A program made the translations under genes and the position numbers. The notes under the pieces were generated by a model that saw only the letters and a program-made list of their open reading frames with translations, was not told the DNA's origin and did no database searches. DNA of 55,644 nt from a virus (Duplodnaviria; Heunggongvirae; Uroviricota; Caudoviricetes), in IMG/VR virus record IMGVR_UViG_2537561830_000005; one strand, given 5' to 3'. Of this stretch, positions 19,514 to 28,840 are shown one piece after another; positions within the stretch are counted from its first letter, which is position 1; each line of letters begins with the position of its first letter.

Positions 19514-20326
19514 AACCACCTCATCAAAAACATGCATTATAAATGCGTGTTTTTGATGGTTATGTCAAGCTGTTATGAAACACATAATTGATATGTTGAT
19601 TAGAGGAGAAGATATAATAAATATGGTTGTTTTTCGTATAACTATTTGTTTTACTTTTAGTTTATGCATTCTGTGTGTTAGGAATAAGTTATTAAAGTTT
19701 AATCAAAAAATCTCGATGTAGTCCACATAGATTATTGTTACTGAACCTTATTGTGTGTATTAGTTGTGTTCTGAAATTTCAGCTTAATTATTTATGATGT
19801 ATTTTTTAACGATAAATATTTTCCCAGGATACCTTTACTGTGTATATAAATAAATTATATACACATAAATAATGTAAAGGCGTCCTTTTAGATATATCTT
19901 ATCAAATGTTAATGACTTGAGTGGGAAATATGATTCCAGCAACTTATCATGTGGCTACTTTATAAAAATAATGCCCATATAAAACAACAAGCGAAAAGGA
20001 TTACGGATAAAAAAGGAGCGAGATGTGCGAACTTGTTATTTTCCATGTTTAACCACCTTAAATAATTGATGATGACGGGATGATTGCATCTGTAATGCTT
20101 TTATTGAAATGTTATGATAAAAAAGAACTTTTGCATAACATTAAAATGTAATTTATCTAATCGTTTTTAATAATAAATGTCGTATTTCTATCCTTGTACC
20201 AGCTATTTGATATGTAGTGTTTGTTCATGCTATGTGGGGCTTTACACCATAGCCAGTTTATTTATACTTTATTCGTCAGCCTGAACAACTGGCATCTGCT
20301 GCGCTGCGCCATCGAGAGATTGAGAA

Positions 20327-20926
20327 ATGGCGCATATACAACTGGTCAAACAAACTTCTTCTGGTTTACTTCTCCCGGCGACGCCGGAGAGTTGCGATTT
20401 TCTGCATCAAATCAAAATAGGTGAGTGGATACACGCAGACTTTAAGCGTGTGCGTAACTACGCATTCCACAAGCGTTTTTTCAAACTCCTGCAACTGGGA
20501 TTCGATTACTGGACTCCGGTCGGTGGGGCGATCACGCCTCGCGAACGAGAACTGCTGTCTGGTTTCGTTGATTACCTGTGCGAATCAGTTGGTCGGGAAC
20601 ACACGCCAGCCCTGAGTGATGCCGCAGAGCAATACCTTAACACCGTTGCGACTCGTAGAACCCGGGATACGGCGTTGCTAAAGTCGTTTGAGGCTTTCCG
20701 CGAGTGGGTAACCATTCAGGCCGGATTTTACACCGAGCATATTTATCCGGACGGTAGCCGTGGGCGTCGGGCAAAATCCATCGCTTTTGCGAATATGGAC
20801 GAAGTCGAGTTTCAGCAGGTTTATAAATCTGTACTGAATGTGCTGTGGAACTGGATTCTGTTTCGTAAATTCTCCTCTCAGGAGGAAGTTGAAAATGTGG
20901 CCGCACAACTACTGGAGTTTGCGTAA
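20327..20926 (+). CDS. phage nin-region protein, possibly DUF1367 family
   Basis: 199-aa ORF; stop overlaps the next ATG (TAATG); family assignment from recall, not verified. Confidence 0.6.
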   Translation: MAHIQLVKQTSSGLLLPATPESCDFLHQIKIGEWIHADFKRVRNYAFHKRFFKLLQLGFDYWTPVGGAITPRERELLSGFVDYLCESVGREHTPALSDAAEQYLNTVATRRTRDTALLKSFEAFREWVTIQAGFYTEHIYPDGSRGRRAKSIAFANMDEVEFQQVYKSVLNVLWNWILFRKFSSQEEVENVAAQLLEFA

Positions 20927-21216
20927 TGGTGAATTTACGTAAAGCGGCTAAAGGCCAGATGTGCCAGATCAGAATCCCTGGCTACTGCAATCACAATCCC
21001 GAAACCTCTGTGCTGGCGCATTACAGGCTGGCGGGGACGTGCGGAACAGCGACAAAACCACACGATATGCAGGCGGCGATAGCCTGTAGCTCATGCCACG
21101 ATCTAATCGACGGGCGGGTAAAAACCAGCGATTACACCAAAGAAGAATTGCGCCTGATGCATGCTGAAGGGGTTTTTCGCACACAAGAAATCTGGAGAAA
21201 GAAAGGTCATTTATGA
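20926..21216 (+). CDS. YbcO-like putative nuclease (DUF1364)
   Basis: 96-aa ORF with CQIRIPGYCN and CSSCHD motifs, resembling DLP12 YbcO. Confidence 0.7.
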   Translation: MVNLRKAAKGQMCQIRIPGYCNHNPETSVLAHYRLAGTCGTATKPHDMQAAIACSSCHDLIDGRVKTSDYTKEELRLMHAEGVFRTQEIWRKKGHL

Positions 21217-21755
21217 TTTACCCAACGAATACAGGAAAAAGCGGAGAACACCTTCGCCTCACCACGCTGGAAAGTGTCTGGATTCAGGGAAAACTACGTA
21301 TGTGGGGGCGCTGGTCGTATATTGGCGGTGGCAGGTCAGGGAATATGTTCAATCAGTTGTTGGCATCCAAAAAACTGACGAAAACAGCCATTAATGAAGC
21401 CCTGCGTAGAATGAAAAAAGCGGGAATAGAGAAAGCTGAGCTGGAAGCGTTTTTGCGAGAGATGATCAACGGCAAGCAAAAGAGCTGGCTGGCGCATTGT
21501 ACTGATGCAGAGGCGTTATGTATTGATCGAGTCATAAGTGAGGTGCTGGCAGAGCATCCAGGATTGATTTGCATTCTCCGGCAACGCTATGAAGGGCGGG
21601 GGATGACTAAGCGCAAAATGGCTGAATTGCTAAATGATGGACACCCAGAGTGGTGTTTTAGCACATGCGAAAAACGGATTGCTAATTGGTTAGCTGTTGC
21701 TGAGTATGCCCTATATATTCCCATGCGTGAATCATTTGCTGAGAAAATGGCTTGA
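21213..21755 (+). CDS. putative late-gene antiterminator (Q-like)
   Basis: 180-aa ORF after the nin-like genes and before terminators and the lysis cassette; assignment by position and weak recall. Confidence 0.5.
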   Translation: MIYPTNTGKSGEHLRLTTLESVWIQGKLRMWGRWSYIGGGRSGNMFNQLLASKKLTKTAINEALRRMKKAGIEKAELEAFLREMINGKQKSWLAHCTDAEALCIDRVISEVLAEHPGLICILRQRYEGRGMTKRKMAELLNDGHPEWCFSTCEKRIANWLAVAEYALYIPMRESFAEKMA

Positions 21756-21835
21756 TTTCTTACGTATAAACTGCTTCAATTTTGCTATGCTTCGCACAGC
21801 TGTATCGCGAGGCGGATTGCAGACATGGACATCGT

Positions 21836-21862
21836 AAAAAAACCGCTTAATGCGGTTTTTTT
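21836..21862 (+). terminator. rho-independent terminator downstream of the Q-like gene
   Basis: A-tract, AACCGC-TTAAT-GCGGTT hairpin, then T7 run. Confidence 0.6.
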
Positions 21863-22182
21863 ACGTCAGGAAAGCAGGGGAGAATGCTGCTAGTTGGGCA
21901 ACTGGTCTTTCTGCTCCAAATTATAACAGAGACCAGTTATAGTTTCGGTGCTGTGTTTTTTTTACAATATTGTGATAACACATTGCTGGCGGGAGTTTTG
22001 ATATTTCTTGGCAGGGGCTGATGATGCGTTATCCTGATGTCGTCAACTCATATAAAATGAGATGAGAGATCATTGCAGGGTGGTTTGTAATTCGCTGTTT
22101 AGCGGGACAATATGTTGTCTGATACAAGACACCCGACGCCTCAGATTACTATAATAAAGACGAAGCATCCTTTGTATTGACC

Positions 22183-22208
22183 AACCGCCTGTTTAGGCGG
22201 TTCTTTTT
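22183..22208 (+). terminator. second rho-independent terminator (tR'-like)
   Basis: AACCGCCT-GTTT-AGGCGGTT hairpin then CTTTTT; a TATAAT hexamer lies ~30 nt upstream. Confidence 0.6.
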
Positions 22209-22798
22209 GGACTGGTTTATTGTATGCCAAATGATTATTAAAAAGGTTGTGTTAATAACAAAATCCGAAATAATATGCCTGCATATTTTTATCTTGCTTA
22301 TATTCTGCATATTGTGCATAGCAGGCTCATCCCTGCAATCAAAACTGTATGATGAGTATTTTTTTTTTCCTTTTTTCCAGTCATCTGATGATGACCTGCT
22401 TCTTTTTAATCCGGATCGACATCAGTTTTTTAAGATAATTCCTGCGAGTTATATGCATAAATACCACAAACTCCGCATTTTATGTGGTTGGGAGTTGCCG
22501 GGCGCGCAGTGAGTTTGCTAAGAAAACTCCTGCATGGTGAATCCCCCTGTGCGGTGGGGTGATACCATTAACCTTTTCTGTCGCCGACAGGTATCACGAA
22601 CATTTTGTTCACCGGGAGGCACCCGGCACCATGCACTTCAATAGATTCTCTCCACATTATGGATATTCTTTCAGAATATCCCACGCAGACTTTGTGTAAA
22701 TGTTAACAAATGTGCGTTTTATTTGATCTGATTCGCTGTTTGAGCGTCCAAAACAACGGTATATATAATCCTTTACTATATGACATATGTGAGGAAAA

Positions 22799-23227
22799 AT
22801 GGGTTTTCGTAGCGCATCAATTCTTACGTTGATTATTAGTGGGATTATTATCGGGTGCACTGATGCTGTATCGACAAATTATCATGACCGTACATCATAT
22901 TACTCCGATAAAGCAATAGAGACACAGTATGTGAGTTCATCTGAACGTACTTCTGATGTTAGTGAGGATATCCGTCTGTATGCCCATCAAATCAAGAGCG
23001 CCATCGAAAAACAGTTCGGGGATGCGAGTAAGTATTCAGGAAAAGAGTGTACACTGAGAATGCATATGGCCCCGAATGGCCTTCTACTGGAGGTTAAAAG
23101 AGAAAGTGGAGACCTCGATTTATGTCGTGAAGCGATGAATGCGATAAAGAATGCTGATATACCTGCCCCCCCTTCGCCGGAAGTATATAAAGTATTTCAA
23201 AATGGGGTGCTGGATTTTAAACCCTGA
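22799..23227 (+). CDS. phage lipoprotein, paralog 1
   Basis: Signal peptide with lipobox IIGC; C-terminal domain shared with paralog 2; GAGGAAAA RBS. Confidence 0.7.
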   Translation: MGFRSASILTLIISGIIIGCTDAVSTNYHDRTSYYSDKAIETQYVSSSERTSDVSEDIRLYAHQIKSAIEKQFGDASKYSGKECTLRMHMAPNGLLLEVKRESGDLDLCREAMNAIKNADIPAPPSPEVYKVFQNGVLDFKP

Positions 23228-23377
23228 TATTTATTGTTTTGTAATAAACGGTTTCGGCTTAGGTTTGTTCTGACACAGCTACGGCACTGAGCTAAATTTA
23301 GCGGATAGTCAGCTCTGAGCCAGTGGCGGACGTAACAACTACTATTGCTGAGATTTTAATGGATTGAGGAGCAAGAA

Positions 23378-23773
23378 GTGGGATTAAAGAAAATCGTTAT
23401 GTTGACTTTTTGGGTCGGTTTTGTTGCGGGATGCACACCTTTACACCCTTCAGATTGCCACAAAACTACTGCTACAGGTAGTTGCAGTTCAGGACGCTGG
23501 GATGATCAGGATGAATGGGGGGCGCAAGCGCGGGGAATCAGAGCTGCAATTAATGCCAAACTTGATGAGCCGCATAACTGGAAAGGGAAAAAATGCAGGT
23601 TGCATATGGAATTCTCTCAGGATGGCACGGCGTTAAAAATATCTACCAGTAACGGTGATAAAGCCTATTGCGAAGCGATAAAGTCCGCAGCTCATAAAGC
23701 CAAATTTCCGGCCTTCAACAATCCGGAAGTCTACAGAGATTTTCAGAAATCTGGCTTTGACATGCGAGGTTAG
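23378..23773 (+). CDS. phage lipoprotein, paralog 2
   Basis: GTG start with GAGGAG RBS; lipobox VAGC; C-terminal domain homologous to paralog 1. Confidence 0.7.
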   Translation: MGLKKIVMLTFWVGFVAGCTPLHPSDCHKTTATGSCSSGRWDDQDEWGAQARGIRAAINAKLDEPHNWKGKKCRLHMEFSQDGTALKISTSNGDKAYCEAIKSAAHKAKFPAFNNPEVYRDFQKSGFDMRG

Positions 23774-24024
23774 CTCTTCAATTACTATATCTCATTCATA
23801 GCAAACTGACAGATTTGATGATGTTCTATATACGAAACCTGTGATGTCAAGTCTGAGCTAATACAAATAAACATAATATCAGAGAAATACATTTTATTAG
23901 CTCGCTACGGCGAGCTTTTTATATTGCATCGTCTCCAGCATATATATCAATTAAGGCTCTGATTGATGTGTCTGAAAGCCTACACATAATAACTATGCCA
24001 TCCGTTCCGTGCGGAGGTGAGGCT

Positions 24025-24240
24025 ATGAAATCCATGGACAAAATTTCAACAGGCATTGCCTACGGCACCTCCGCAGGCAGTGCTGGCTACTGGTTTTTAC
24101 AGTTGCTCGATAGAGTAACTCCGTCACAGTGGGCTGCAATCGGTGTGCTGGGTAGTCTGGTATTTGGCCTGCTGACGTACCTGACAAACCTTTATTTCAA
24201 GATTAAAGAAGATAAGCGCAAGGCTGCGAGAGGTGAATAA
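24025..24240 (+). CDS. holin, EssD-like
   Basis: 71-aa product [26 protein letters not shown]... with GGAGGTGAGG RBS; the track ORF starts upstream. Confidence 0.85.
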   Translation: MKSMDKISTGIAYGTSAGSAGYWFLQLLDRVTPSQWAAIGVLGSLVFGLLTYLTNLYFKIKEDKRKAARGE

Positions 24241-24737
24241 TGCCTCCATCATTACGAAAAGTCGTTGCTGCTGCTATTGGTGGCGGAGCAATTGCTATAG
24301 CATCAGTGTTAATCACTGGCCCAAGTGGTAACGATGGTCTGGAAGGTGTCAGCTACATACCATACAAAGATATTGTTGGTGTATGGACTGTATGTCACGG
24401 GCATACAGGAAAAGACATCATGCTCGGTAAAACGTATACCAAAGCAGAATGCAAAACACTCTTGAATAAAGACCTTGCCACGGTCGCCAGACAAATTAAC
24501 CCGTACATCAAAGTCGATATACCGGAAACAACGCGCGGCGCTCTTTACTCATTCGTTTACAACGTGGGTGCTGGCAATTTCAGAACATCGACGCTTCTTC
24601 GCAAAATAAACCAGGGCGATATCAAAGGCGCATGTGATCAGCTACGTCGCTGGACATATGCTGGCGGTAAGCAATGGAAAGGTCTCATGACTCGTCGTGA
24701 GATTGAGCGTGAAATCTGTTTGTGGGGTCAGCAATGA
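24240..24737 (+). CDS. endolysin (phage lysozyme, RrrD-like, probable signal-anchor-release type)
   Basis: 165-aa ORF with a hydrophobic N-terminus; start overlaps the holin stop. Confidence 0.9.
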   Translation: MPPSLRKVVAAAIGGGAIAIASVLITGPSGNDGLEGVSYIPYKDIVGVWTVCHGHTGKDIMLGKTYTKAECKTLLNKDLATVARQINPYIKVDIPETTRGALYSFVYNVGAGNFRTSTLLRKINQGDIKGACDQLRRWTYAGGKQWKGLMTRREIEREICLWGQQ

Positions 24738-25198
24738 ACAGAGTAACCGCGATTATCTCCGCTCTGGTTATCTGCATCGTCGTCTGCCTGTCATGGGGTG
24801 TTAATCATTACCGTGATAACGCCATCGCCTACAAAGAACAGCGCGACAAAAATGCCAGAGAACTGAAGCTGGCGAACGCGGCAATTACTGACATGCAGAT
24901 GCGTCAGCGTGATGTTGCTGCGCTCGATGCAAAATACACGAAGGAGTTAGCTGATGCGAAAGCTGAAAATGATGTTCTGCGTGATGATGTTGCCGCTGGT
25001 CGTCGTCGGTTGCACATCAAAGCAGTCTGTCAGTCAGTGCGTGAAGCCACCACCGCCTCCGGCGTGGATAATGCAGCCTCCCCCCGACTGGCAGACACCG
25101 CTGAACGGGATTATTTCACCCTCCGGGAACGACTGGTAATGATGCAGGCCCAACTTGAAGGTGCTCAGCAATACATAACCGAGCAGTGTTTAAAGTAA
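24734..25198 (+). CDS. i-spanin Rz
   Basis: ATG at 24734 overlapping the endolysin stop; N-terminal TM helix; hosts Rz1 in the +1 frame. Confidence 0.85.
   Translation: MNRVTAIISALVICIVVCLSWGVNHYRDNAIAYKEQRDKNARELKLANAAITDMQMRQRDVAALDAKYTKELADAKAENDVLRDDVAAGRRRLHIKAVCQSVREATTASGVDNAASPRLADTAERDYFTLRERLVMMQAQLEGAQQYITEQCLK
24954..25139 (+). CDS. o-spanin Rz1 lipoprotein, embedded in Rz
   Basis: AAGGAG RBS, lipobox VVGC, proline-rich; fully inside Rz in another frame. Confidence 0.8.
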   Translation: MRKLKMMFCVMMLPLVVVGCTSKQSVSQCVKPPPPPAWIMQPPPDWQTPLNGIISPSGNDW

Positions 25199-25335
25199 AA
25201 TCTTAACTACAATATGATTCATTTTGATGATTGTTTCATAAGAAACAGTGAAGTAAGATCTAAGAGGAGTTAAATTTTATACAGTATAATCATAATATTG
25301 CAGCAAGGTGGTTATAATTGAAAGAATATTTAGAT

Positions 25336-26793
25336 ATGAATACATCTCATGTAAGAGTTGTTACTCATATGTGTGGGTTCCTGGTTTGGCTCTATAGTCT
25401 TTCAATGTTGCCACCAATGGTTGTAGCATTGTTTTATAAAGAAAAAAGCCTGTTCGTTTTCTTTATAACTTTCGTTATATTTTTTTGCATTGGTGGCGGA
25501 GCGTGGTATACAACTAAGAAATCTGGCATTCAATTACGTACCCGTGATGGGTTTATTATAATTGTAATGTTTTGGATTTTGTTTTCTGTTATTAGTGCAT
25601 TCCCTTTATGGATTGACTCAGAACTTAATTTAACGTTCATTGATGCTCTGTTTGAAGGGGTTTCTGGAATAACAACAACAGGAGCAACTGTAATTGATGA
25701 TGTTAGTTCATTACCTCGGGCATATTTGTACTATCGGTCACAGTTAAATTTTATAGGTGGTTTAGGAGTTATTGTTCTGGCGGTTGCTGTATTGCCATTA
25801 TTGGGTATTGGTGGTGCAAAGCTTTATCAGTCAGAAATGCCGGGGCCATTTAAGGATGACAAACTCACTCCCCGCCTGGCCGATACGTCACGGACACTGT
25901 GGATAACTTATTCTTTATTAGGTATTGCTTGTATTGTCTGTTATAGACTTGCAGGAATGCCTTTGTTTGATGCTATTTGTCACGGGATTTCCACAGTTTC
26001 GCTTGGTGGTTTCTCAACTCATAGCGAGAGTATCGGATATTTTAATAACTATTTGGTTGAGCTGGTGGCTGGTTCTTTTTCCCTGCTATCGGCTTTCAAC
26101 TTCACTCTTTGGTATATTGTTATTAGCAGGAAAACGATAAAACCTTTAATCAGAGATATTGAACTTCGTTTCTTTCTGTTAATAGCCTTAGGGGTGATCA
26201 TTGTTACCTCTTTCCAGGTCTGGCATATAGGTATGTATGACTTGCATGGAAGTTTTATTCATTCGTTTTTTCTTGCCAGCTCCATGCTCACTGATAATGG
26301 TTTAGCTACGCAGGATTATGCAAGTTGGCCCACGCACACGATAGTGTTTTTGCTGTTGTCAAGTTTCTTTGGGGGATGTATAGGTTCAACTTGTGGTGGA
26401 ATTAAGTCACTTCGATTTCTTATACTTTTCAAACAAAGCAAACACGAGATAAATCAGCTTTCTCATCCCAGAGCGTTGTTGAGTGTAAATGTAGGAGGGA
26501 AGATAGTTACAGATCGTGTAATGAGGTCTGTATGGAGTTTCTTTTTTCTTTATACTCTCTTCACGGTGTTTTTTATACTGGTGTTAAATGGTATGGGATA
26601 TGATTTTCTTACATCATTTGCAACAGTGGCTGCATGTATTAATAATATGGGATTAGGTTTTGGGGCTACTGCATCGTCATTCGGAGTGCTTAATGACATT
26701 GCAAAATGTTTAATGTGCATAGCTATGATTCTTGGTCGCCTTGAAATTTATCCTGTTATTATATTGTTTTCAGGTTTTTTTTGGCGCTCCTAA
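25336..26793 (+). CDS. trkG: Trk-system potassium uptake protein TrkG
   Basis: Product MNTSHVRVVTHMCGFLVWLYS... recalled as K-12 TrkG (a Rac gene); AT-rich coding sequence. Confidence 0.9.
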   Translation: MNTSHVRVVTHMCGFLVWLYSLSMLPPMVVALFYKEKSLFVFFITFVIFFCIGGGAWYTTKKSGIQLRTRDGFIIIVMFWILFSVISAFPLWIDSELNLTFIDALFEGVSGITTTGATVIDDVSSLPRAYLYYRSQLNFIGGLGVIVLAVAVLPLLGIGGAKLYQSEMPGPFKDDKLTPRLADTSRTLWITYSLLGIACIVCYRLAGMPLFDAICHGISTVSLGGFSTHSESIGYFNNYLVELVAGSFSLLSAFNFTLWYIVISRKTIKPLIRDIELRFFLLIALGVIIVTSFQVWHIGMYDLHGSFIHSFFLASSMLTDNGLATQDYASWPTHTIVFLLLSSFFGGCIGSTCGGIKSLRFLILFKQSKHEINQLSHPRALLSVNVGGKIVTDRVMRSVWSFFFLYTLFTVFFILVLNGMGYDFLTSFATVAACINNMGLGFGATASSFGVLNDIAKCLMCIAMILGRLEIYPVIILFSGFFWRS

Positions 26794-26930
26794 TATATGG
26801 CTGATTTATAATTGTGAGTTTAATATTATGTTGACTCACTCATTGATCCAATACCTAACTTTACCAGCAACCCCTCCGTCCCCAGTAGCACTGGCTGCTG
26901 GGGTGCGTTTTATTCATAAAGCAAGGCTGT

Positions 26931-27725
26931 ATGAGCGAGAAATTAAAGATAGTCTATCGCCCATTACAAGAATTGTCACCGTATGCGCACAACGCCAGGA
27001 CGCACAGCCCTGAGCAGGTGGCACAACTGGTAGAAAGTATTAAGCAATTCGGCTGGACTAATCCGGTGCTGATTGACGAAAAGGGCGAAATTATTGCGGG
27101 TCACGGTCGTGTTATGGCGGCTGAAATGCTCAAAATGGATTCTGTTCCGGTCATTGTTCTGTCTGGCCTGACGGATGAGCAGAAAAAGGCGTACCGCCTG
27201 GCAGATAATCGCCTGCCGATGAATGCTGGCTGGGATGAAGATCTGTTGCGGATGGAGCTGTCGGACCTAATCAATGCTGATTTTGATGTCTCCCTGACAG
27301 GCTTCATCCCGACAGAAATTGATGAACTGTTGACGGATGTTTTGCCCGGTACAGGAAATGAGGAGGAGCCGTATACGACGAAAATTGATACGCCTGTTTA
27401 TGAGCCGTCGGGCGGTAAACCGGATATCAGTGAACTGTACGACGATACGAAAACTCAGGAGCTGATCAGCCGGATACGTTCGGCGTCCCTTGATCCTGAT
27501 ATTGAGAAATTCCTCCTGTGTGCGGCAGAACGTCACACAGTGTTTAATTTCAGCAGAATTGCGGACTATTACGCTCATGCCCCCGCTGAAATTCAGTGCC
27601 TTTTCGAGGAGTCGGCGCTGGTGATCATTGATTATCAGCAGGCTATTGAAAATGGATTTGTCCGAATGACGCAGCGCATGGTGGAGATCATGCATGGCGG
27701 GGAGGAGGAGGAGGAATATGCGTGA
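26931..27725 (+). CDS. ParB-like nuclease domain protein
   Basis: 264-aa ORF with ParB/Srx-type motifs (GHGRVMAA, YRLADN); ends in an acidic EEEEEY tail; stop overlaps the next ATG. Confidence 0.75.
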   Translation: MSEKLKIVYRPLQELSPYAHNARTHSPEQVAQLVESIKQFGWTNPVLIDEKGEIIAGHGRVMAAEMLKMDSVPVIVLSGLTDEQKKAYRLADNRLPMNAGWDEDLLRMELSDLINADFDVSLTGFIPTEIDELLTDVLPGTGNEEEPYTTKIDTPVYEPSGGKPDISELYDDTKTQELISRIRSASLDPDIEKFLLCAAERHTVFNFSRIADYYAHAPAEIQCLFEESALVIIDYQQAIENGFVRMTQRMVEIMHGGEEEEEYA

Positions 27726-28650
27726 TGATTTTTGCGCCTTTATTCTGACTCACGGGCGACCGGACAAAGTTCTGACTTACCGGACGTTGCGTCGTGCTGG
27801 CTATACCGGGAAAATTTTTATCGTTGTTGATGATGAAGATAAGACACGGCATCAGTACATGGCTGAATTTGGTGAACAGGTGCTGGTATTTTCCAAAGCC
27901 GATATTGCCAGTCGTTTTGACGAAGCCGATAATTTTGGTGATCGCCGCTCAATTTTTTACGCCCGTAATGCCTGTTTCGACCTGGCAAAACTGGTCGGGT
28001 GTAAATACTTCATTCAGCTCGATGATGATTATCACGAGTTCCAGTTTCGGGTGGATCGCAACTATGACCAGGCCTATTTCCCGATAAGGAAACTGGATGC
28101 GATCCTTTCTGAAATGCTGGCGTATTACGAATCAATACCCGCGCTTTCCATCGCTATGTCGCAGGGCGGGGATTTTCTTGGTGACAATGGCGGCCATGCT
28201 TCGTGGGTGAAACGCAAGGCAATGAACAGCTTTATCTGTTCGGTTGATCGACCGTTCTCATTCATGGGGCGCATTAACGAGGATGTGAATACGTACACGA
28301 ATCTCGGTCGCTGTGGTGAATTGTTTATGACGATCGGTGCTGTCCAGTTAGGGCAGAAACAGACGCAGAAAAACAGCGGCGGAATGACCGAGCTGTATCT
28401 GGATTCCGGAACCTACGTTAAAAGTTTTTACTCCGTCATGTATTCGCCGTCGTGCGTAAAAATCTCACTGATGGGTGCCAGCCATAAACGCATTCACCAT
28501 CAGGTCACCTGGAACAACGCTGCAGTAAAAATCCTTCACGAAAAATACAGGAAGAAGACACCCTGCATATCAATGGGGGTGACAAATGATTCCGTATTCG
28601 AAAGTCGAGTCTCTGGCAGCGTGCCGGATGACTGCACAACAAATCGCTGA
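27718..28650 (+). CDS. GT-A-fold glycosyltransferase-like protein
   Basis: ATG at 27718 after a GGAGGAGGAGGAGGAA RBS; GT2-like motifs FILTHGRPD, IVVDDED and IQLDDDY; no TM segment. Confidence 0.65.
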   Translation: MRDDFCAFILTHGRPDKVLTYRTLRRAGYTGKIFIVVDDEDKTRHQYMAEFGEQVLVFSKADIASRFDEADNFGDRRSIFYARNACFDLAKLVGCKYFIQLDDDYHEFQFRVDRNYDQAYFPIRKLDAILSEMLAYYESIPALSIAMSQGGDFLGDNGGHASWVKRKAMNSFICSVDRPFSFMGRINEDVNTYTNLGRCGELFMTIGAVQLGQKQTQKNSGGMTELYLDSGTYVKSFYSVMYSPSCVKISLMGASHKRIHHQVTWNNAAVKILHEKYRKKTPCISMGVTNDSVFESRVSGSVPDDCTTNR

Positions 28651-28837
28651 CGTTCTGGATGTTGATCTGAACCGACTGAAAGAAAATCGGGAAGCAATGA
28701 CAGATTTTTATGCGGCCATCCGTAAGGGCAGAGCGAAAGGTGAAGCCGAGTTACGAGCGGCATTGTTTAAGCTTGCCAGAAAAGGGGATGCCTTTGCTCT
28801 GCGCGAACTACTCAGGGTGGATAAAAATCAGGACTAA
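28586..28837 (+). CDS. small putative DNA-binding protein upstream of terminase
   Basis: 83-aa ORF overlapping the glycosyltransferase-like gene's 3' end in another frame. Confidence 0.4.
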   Translation: MIPYSKVESLAACRMTAQQIADVLDVDLNRLKENREAMTDFYAAIRKGRAKGEAELRAALFKLARKGDAFALRELLRVDKNQD

Positions 28838-28840
28838 CTG

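Noticed and set aside
21756-22180. Possible tRNA gene between the Q-like gene and the lysis genes
   Set aside because: No T-loop-like GTTCGAATC-type sequence or cloverleaf-compatible pairing was visible by eye; a tRNA scan would be needed to be sure.
22177-22512. 111-aa plus-strand ORF
   Set aside because: Begins inside the terminator hairpin at 22183-22208, has a non-ATG start, and its AT-rich translation is a poly-hydrophobic low-complexity string; more likely non-coding leader sequence.
28586-28837. Calling the 83-aa ORF the true small terminase subunit
   Set aside because: Left as a low-confidence CDS because it overlaps the glycosyltransferase-like gene by 65 nt and the 364-aa gene that overlaps the large terminase fits the role better; not resolvable without homology searches.
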